Source: an uncultured Solirubrobacteraceae bacterium (GTDB taxonomy: Bacteria > Actinomycetota > Thermoleophilia > Solirubrobacterales > Solirubrobacteraceae). From it: DNA of 64,000 nucleotides. The notes below the pieces were generated by a model, which was given only the letters and a program-made list of their open reading frames with translations, did no database searches and had not been told where the DNA came from. The position numbers were made by a program, and so were the translations under genes. Position 1 is the stretch's first letter, and each line of letters begins with the position of its first letter. This document shows, piece after piece, positions 58,620 to 64,000 of this stretch. The stretch is from the NCBI GenBank assembly GCA_963769565.1, contig CAVYMP010000010.1:518390-582389 (forward strand). Direction: 5' to 3'.

Positions 58620-61397
58620 ATGCAGAGCAGCTTTCGCCCACCGGGCGAGCGGACGCTTCTACGTGGGCGGACACGCGAATGTGCGCTGCTCGATGGGCTG
58701 CTCGATTCGATTCGCGCCGGCGAGAGCCGCGCGTTGGTCGTGCGGGGGGAGGCCGGGATCGGCAAGACGGCGCTGCTCGAATATCTGATCGAGACGGCGC
58801 CGGATCTGACGGTCGTGCGAGCGGGGGGCGTGGAGTCCGAGATGGAGCTGGCGTACTCCAATCTTCAACTGCTGTGTGGTCCGATGCTCGCGTGGCTCGA
58901 GCGGCTTCCGGGGCCGCAGCGGCAGGCGCTCGAGACCGTGTTTGGGTTGAGCGTCGGCCCACCTCCGGACCGGTTTCTCGTCGGGCTCGGAGTGTTGGGC
59001 TTGCTCTCGGAGGCTGCCGAGGAGCGTCCGGTGCTGTGTGTCGTCGACGACGCGCAGTGGCTCGACCAGGCCTCGGGGCTGATCATGGCGTTTGTGGCGC
59101 GGCGGCTGGTGGCCGAGCGGGTCGGGATCGTGTTCGCTGCGCGTCACCCGGCGGACGAGTTGAGTCGCTTTCCCGATCTGGAGGTGCGTCGCCTGCGTAA
59201 TGGCGACGCCCGCGCGCTGCTGGGCGCGGCGGTGCAGTCGATGCCGGACCAGCGCGTTCGGGACCGGATCATCGCCGAGGCAGGAGGGAATCCGCTCGCT
59301 TTGCTCGAATTGCCGCGCGGGCTGACGGCGACACAGCTGGCGGGTGGGTTCGGGCTGCTCGGTGCGGGGGATGTCGCAGGACGGCTGGAGCAGACCTTCG
59401 TTCGACAACTCGACGCGCTTTCGGACGATGCGAGGCGTCTGTTGCTGCTGGCGTCGGCCGAGCCAGTCGGCGATCCGCTGCTGCTGTGGCGTGCCGGCGA
59501 ACGGCTCGGTATCGCGCAGGCGGCGGCTAGGACCGTGGAGACGAGCGGGCTGCTGGCGATCAGCGAGCGTGTGATGTTCCGTCATCCGCTGGTGCGCTCC
59601 ACGGTCTACCGATCGGCGCCGCTAGAGGAGCGACGGGCCGTGCACATGGCGCTGGCGGACGCGACCGATCGGGAGACGGACCCCGACCGTCGGGCGTGGC
59701 ATCTGGCCGCAGCCGCTCCAGGGCCCGACGAGCGTGTCGCCTCGGAGCTCGAGCGTTCCGCGGGCCGGGCGCAGGCCCGCGGTGGTGTCGCCGCGTCGGC
59801 GGCGTTCCTGCATCGCGCCGTGGCGCTGACAGAGGATCCCGCACGGCGAGGCGATCGCGCGCTTGCCGCGTCCGAAGCGAGCGTCCAAGCCGGGGCGTTC
59901 GAGGCCGCTCTCAGACTGCTGTCTGCGGCAGAGGCCGGGCCGCTGAGCGAGTTCCAGCACGCGCGAGTCGACCTGCTGCGGGGCCAGGTCGCGTTCGTCT
60001 CAGGAATCGGCGGCGATGCTCCATTGTTGTTGCTGCGCGCCGCGATGCGGCTCGAGCCGCTTGACCTCGAACTCGCTCGCCAGACATATCTGAACGCGCT
60101 CATCGCTTCGGTCTTCGCCGGCCAGTTCGCCGGCGCCGGTCTCATGCAGGAGATCGCTCGGGCCGCCCGCGCTGCGCCGACACCCCCAGAACCTCGGCGC
60201 CCGTCCGATGTCCTGCTGGACGGCCTGGCCGCCGCGGTGAGCGAGGGACGGGCCGCAGCGGCTCCCATGCTGCGCCGGGTCGCGCGCGCGTTCGCGGAGG
60301 AGGAGATCGGCATGGAGGAGGTACTGCGATGGGGCTGGGCAGCGCCGATCTCCGCGGCCATGCTGTGGGATGTACAGCGCTGGCAGTCGATTGATGCCCG
60401 CCAACTCGGGTGGGTCCGCGAGGCGGGCCTGATGCTCCAACTCCCGATCTATCTGAATAGCCTGGGACACAGCGCGATCTTGCGAGGCGACTTGGCGACG
60501 GCCGGCTCGCTGATTGCGGAGACCGATGCGGTTGTGGCAGCGACCGGGGCCCGCGTGGCCCGATACACAGCGGTGCTGTTGGCGGCCGTGCGCGGCTCGG
60601 AGGCCGACGCCGTCCCGCTGATCGAGACCGCGATGGGCGAGGCGCGAGTGGCCAAGCAGGGCGTTGGCGTGCAGTGGTGCCAATGGGTGTCCGCAGTCCT
60701 CTACAACGGTCTCGGCGAATATGAGAAAGCGTTGCGTGCGGCGGAGCAAGCTGCGGAGCAGGCGCCTGAGCTATATGTGTCGATGTGGGCGCTGCCTGAG
60801 CTGGTCGAGGCCGCCGCTCGGACCGGAGAGCTTGGGGTTGCCGTCCACGCGCTGGAGCGTTTGGTGAAGGAGACCGGCGTGAGCGATACCGACTCGGCGT
60901 TGGGGATCCGAGCGCGCTCGCGCGCCTTGGTCAGCGAAGGCGTCGCGGCCGAGCCTTTGTATCGAGAGGCGATCGATCGGCTGGGCCGTACCGGGCTCCG
61001 GCCTGAGGTGGCGCGCGCGCATCTGCTCTACGGGGAGTGGCTGCGCCGCCAGCAGCGACGGGTGGACGCGCGTGTCGAGCTGCGCGCCGCATACGACCAG
61101 TTCACCACGATTGGCATGGAGGCGTTCGCCGAGCGTGCATCCAGGGAGCTGCAGGCAACGGGCGCGACGGTGCGGAAGCGAACGGTGGAGACGCGCGACG
61201 ATCTGACTGCCCAGGAGCGGCAGATTGCGTACCTCGCCCGCGATGGCCTCTCGAACCCGGAGATCGGTGGGCGGCTGTTCCTCAGTCCGCGCACCGTGGA
61301 GTGGCATCTGCGCAAGGTGTTCTCGAAGCTCGGCATCCGCTCTCGGCGCGAGCTCAGCTCGGCCCTGCCGGCCGAGTCCGAGTTGGTCCCGAGCTGA
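58620..61397 (+). CDS. LAL regulator (AAA ATPase + C-terminal LuxR HTH), 925 aa
   Basis: GEAGIGKT, VDDAQWLD, GGNPLAL and LTAQE...SPRTVEWHLRKVFSKLG. Confidence 0.93.
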   Translation: MQSSFRPPGERTLLRGRTRECALLDGLLDSIRAGESRALVVRGEAGIGKTALLEYLIETAPDLTVVRAGGVESEMELAYSNLQLLCGPMLAWLERLPGPQRQALETVFGLSVGPPPDRFLVGLGVLGLLSEAAEERPVLCVVDDAQWLDQASGLIMAFVARRLVAERVGIVFAARHPADELSRFPDLEVRRLRNGDARALLGAAVQSMPDQRVRDRIIAEAGGNPLALLELPRGLTATQLAGGFGLLGAGDVAGRLEQTFVRQLDALSDDARRLLLLASAEPVGDPLLLWRAGERLGIAQAAARTVETSGLLAISERVMFRHPLVRSTVYRSAPLEERRAVHMALADATDRETDPDRRAWHLAAAAPGPDERVASELERSAGRAQARGGVAASAAFLHRAVALTEDPARRGDRALAASEASVQAGAFEAALRLLSAAEAGPLSEFQHARVDLLRGQVAFVSGIGGDAPLLLLRAAMRLEPLDLELARQTYLNALIASVFAGQFAGAGLMQEIARAARAAPTPPEPRRPSDVLLDGLAAAVSEGRAAAAPMLRRVARAFAEEEIGMEEVLRWGWAAPISAAMLWDVQRWQSIDARQLGWVREAGLMLQLPIYLNSLGHSAILRGDLATAGSLIAETDAVVAATGARVARYTAVLLAAVRGSEADAVPLIETAMGEARVAKQGVGVQWCQWVSAVLYNGLGEYEKALRAAEQAAEQAPELYVSMWALPELVEAAARTGELGVAVHALERLVKETGVSDTDSALGIRARSRALVSEGVAAEPLYREAIDRLGRTGLRPEVARAHLLYGEWLRRQQRRVDARVELRAAYDQFTTIGMEAFAERASRELQATGATVRKRTVETRDDLTAQERQIAYLARDGLSNPEIGGRLFLSPRTVEWHLRKVFSKLGIRSRRELSSALPAESELVPS

Positions 61398-62115
61398 GTG
61401 TCACCTCGTCGACGTATGACTTGGTGCGGACGAGCGCGTCGTGGTCGAGACGCGCGAGCCGGGAGGCGATCGCGTCCACTTCATTGTCAAGCCGGTCATC
61501 GGCGATTACGCGGTTGACGTACCCGTACTGCTCTGCGCGCGGTCCGTCGAGATCGTCGGCGACGAGCAGGATCTCGAGCGCCCGGCTGTAACCCGTGAGG
61601 CGTGACAGCCTCGCCACCGGACCGCCGCTGAGGTGTAGGCCGGTCCCGACCTCAAACTGGCCGAGCCGCGTGTTCTCGCGCGACGCGAAGCGCAGGTCGC
61701 AGGCCAAGATGAATTCGCTCCCGGCGCCCTGGGCGCGGCCGCGGATCGCGGCGATGCTGAGGACCGGGGCGCGAGAGAGGCGGACGAGCAGGTCCAGCCA
61801 CGCGGGCAAGCCGGTCGGACCGGCGGGCAGCCGCGTGCGGTCAGGCGCGTGCTCGGTGCCGGAGCCGGTTAGAAAGAAGTCGGGGTTCGCACTGTCGAAC
61901 ACGACGACGTTGAGATCTGCGTCCTGATCGATCAGGTCGACAAGCTCGGCAAGCTCCGCGACCGTGATCGCGTCGATCGCGTTGATCGGCGGATGGTCGA
62001 ACGTCATTCGGCAGTACCCGGGGCTCCGGCGATCGACGCGCAGATGCATCCACGATCGGGCCCACACGTCCGAGCCGTGGCCGTTGTTGGATGGGCTGTT
62101 TTCGATCGTGCTCAT
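61354..62115 (-). CDS. Enoyl-CoA hydratase/isomerase family, possibly C-terminally truncated
   Basis: HPPINAI, GAGSEFILACDLRFA and GQFE; overlaps the LAL 3' end by 44 bp. Confidence 0.85.
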   Translation of the reverse strand: MSTIENSPSNNGHGSDVWARSWMHLRVDRRSPGYCRMTFDHPPINAIDAITVAELAELVDLIDQDADLNVVVFDSANPDFFLTGSGTEHAPDRTRLPAGPTGLPAWLDLLVRLSRAPVLSIAAIRGRAQGAGSEFILACDLRFASRENTRLGQFEVGTGLHLSGGPVARLSRLTGYSRALEILLVADDLDGPRAEQYGYVNRVIADDRLDNEVDAIASRLARLDHDALVRTKSYVDEVTLSSGPTRTRPAGPS

Positions 62116-62209
62116 GGCCAACTCCTATGGCTGGTTTGGCGTCTGGTGATGTCGCCTGGAGGCCCCGCGGGAGAGGGGCGGGGGCTCCAGGCGAGCACCG
62201 GGCTGGCGG

Positions 62210-62416
62210 TCAAGTCCGCGGGACGACGACGTTCTTGACCTCCGCCATGTAGCGCCCGGCGGCCGCGGAGGCCTCCTCCGGGGCGCTCCCACGCTCGCGA
62301 GCGTCGATGTACGCCGCGTACCAGTCCCACCACTCGTGTGGCGGGGCGACAGCCTCGAACGAGCCATGCCGCTCGGCCGTCTCGTGCAGGAGCTGCGCGA
62401 GTCCTTCGACGTCCAT
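62210..62416 (-). CDS. Small conserved protein associated with the VOC gene
   Basis: LLHETAERHGSFEAVAPPHEWWDWYAAY. Confidence 0.6.
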   Translation of the reverse strand: MDVEGLAQLLHETAERHGSFEAVAPPHEWWDWYAAYIDARERGSAPEEASAAAGRYMAEVKNVVVPRT

Positions 62417-62418
62417 CG

Positions 62419-62921
62419 TCACGCGCGGCCCGGAAGCCGCTCCTTGATCTCCTGGAGCACCCATCCGTTGCCGTCGGGATCGCCGAACGACGCGAAGCTC
62501 CCATAGGAATGCCCCCCGGGTCCGGGCCGGAGACCCTCGCAGTCGTTCCGGCGTGATGGAAGATCCCTGTCGCGTCGTGCCAGATTTCGCTGACCTCGGC
62601 TCCGCGGCCGATCAACTCGTCGCGCGCCGCGTCGATGTCATCGACGACGAGCATCAGGTCCTGAACCGAGCCGGGCGCCATCGTCGTCGTGCCCTGGCCG
62701 AAGATGATCGACGCCGGCGAGCCCGGCGGCGTGAACTGGATCACCCGGTAGCCCTCGTCGACCGTGAGGTCGGCATCGAGGCGCCACCCAAGGCCCTCGT
62801 AGAACACCTTGGCGCGATCGACGTCGGCGACGGGCACCACCGCCACCTCGAGCCTCAGCGCCACGCTCGCGGCACGCGGGCTCTCGGTCGGTGACTCGGT
62901 ACTCAGTTGCGTACTGCTCAT
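62419..62921 (-). CDS. VOC/glyoxalase family protein, one frameshift
   Basis: VPVADVDRAKVFY, QFTPPGS and DPDGNGWVLQE. Confidence 0.85.
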
Positions 62922-63016
62922 GGGAACCTCCGTTGTCGTGTGACAGCAGATTCGTCGCTCGGCCGATCTTTCGCGCCCGTGTGGTCACTGGTCTGCTCCG
63001 GATGCAGTCGTTGCGG

Positions 63017-63493
63017 CTATACGGCTGCGGTGGTCGTGACGGACCCAACGTCTCCGCGTTGGTGTGCGTGAACGGTCAGAACCGGGACGGGGCTGTGGTT
63101 CAGGACGTAGTGGCTGACGCTGCCAAGCAGCACTGAGCGGGCCTCGCCACGCCCCCGCGACCCGATCACGACGAGATCGTGGTGCCGTCGGTGATCTGTC
63201 GGACCAGCGCACTCCGGATCGATTGGTCGCTGAGCAGCAGGGTGCTCACGTGCAGGCCAGCTGGCACGCGATCGCCTGCTTGCTTGACGATCGCCTGGCC
63301 GTCCGCGAGGGCGGTCCTCGGTGAGCTCGCCGATCGGTGCGCCAGGCATCGGGTAGACGCCCCAGGGCAAGGGCTCCACGACCGTGACCACGCTCAACCG
63401 GGCGTGTTCACTTTCTCCGAGATCGATCGCGTGCCTTAGCGCCTGATCGGCGTCCCGCGAGCCATCAACGGCGACGAGGATGTTCTGGAACAT
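63017..63493 (-). CDS. Universal stress protein
   Basis: [16 protein letters not shown] and LGSVS. Confidence 0.88.
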   Translation of the reverse strand: MFQNILVAVDGSRDADQALRHAIDLGESEHARLSVVTVVEPLPWGVYPMPGAPIGELTEDRPRGRPGDRQASRRSRASWPAREHPAAQRPIDPECAGPTDHRRHHDLVVIGSRGRGEARSVLLGSVSHYVLNHSPVPVLTVHAHQRGDVGSVTTTAAV

Positions 63494-63545
63494 GACGTTC
63501 TCCTTAAACCTTGGGTGTTGTCATCACCGTCCCGCTTTGCGCTGC

Positions 63546-63572
63546 CGGTCGCGCCCGTGCATGCCCTGGTCA
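63546..63572 (-). promoter_or_regulatory. Second copy of the 27-bp upstream motif
   Basis: Identical to 58358-58384; about 56 bp upstream of the USP start. Confidence 0.7.
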
Positions 63573-63869
63573 ATGGCTCTGGCTGCAACGCTCGTCCCAG
63601 ACGAATAGCTCTGTCGTACACCAACCGATGACTGGGACGAGCGCGATGGTGACGAGCACGCCAAGCGCCAGTCGCGCGGACCGCCGGGACTGCGTGGACG
63701 CCGCTGACGGTGCCTCCGGGTCGGCATCCAGCCGCAGTACGCCGCGTGCGATCGGCGCCCGCGAGGCCTCGACCAGGACGGTCGCGTGTTCCGGCGCCAT
63801 GACGAGAATACCTCCGTGGGCCCGAGATCATCGAGCACACGGGCATGACCGGCGGGGCCCGAAGCGACT

Positions 63870-63969
63870 AACGAGGCGTTCCAGTCCCCCGGCCAGCATC
63901 GTGTTCGAGCAGGCCCAGAGCCGCCTACACACGATCAAGGCGATCCTGGTAGCGACCATCGGATCCTGA
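63870..63969 (+). pseudogene. Ornithine carbamoyltransferase C-terminal remnant
   Basis: SIVFEQAQSRLHTIKAILVATIG* with no upstream domains. Confidence 0.65.
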
Positions 63970-64000
63970 GGTGCGTTGGCCGATGGCAGCCGCCGTTCTG

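Noticed and set aside
58358-63572. 27-bp direct repeats as att sites or ends of a mobile cassette
   Set aside because: No recombinase nearby; both copies sit at the same distance from start codons and have degenerate relatives, which fits operator sites better

Overview
High-GC actinobacterial DNA; gene style suggests Thermoleophilia/Solirubrobacterales (inference). Positions 1-21.9 kb are core-like metabolism: a xylose module (xylB, xylA, ROK repressor with a palindromic operator), pfkA, a pentose-phosphate operon (tal-zwf-opcA-pgl-glk-rpiB), an ABC-2 exporter and a DesK/DesR-type two-component system. Most of these genes carry single-base frameshifts that look like long-read assembly errors. 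Divergent tRNA-Leu(CAG) and tRNA-Glu(CTC) genes sit at 22.7-23.1 kb. After tRNA-Glu an accessory island runs to the window end. It holds a NERD nuclease, a PD-(D/E)xK-type nuclease gene split by an IS3, an intact IS110 and an IS30. It also holds many gene remnants and a stress/desiccation set: msrA, peroxiredoxin, YceI, Csp3-like, GH65 plus beta-PGM, nadE, two ferritin-like proteins plus tatA, USPs, DJ-1/PfpI and a LAL regulator. The best-supported notable item is the IS110 (31535-32967). Its GC core, its circle-junction promoter (TTGACA-N17-TACCTT) and a ~175-nt bridge RNA with guides matching both target and donor can all be read directly from the sequence. A recurring 23-bp motif upstream of island genes suggests a LAL-controlled regulon. 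No CRISPR array, rRNA or intact integrase was seen.
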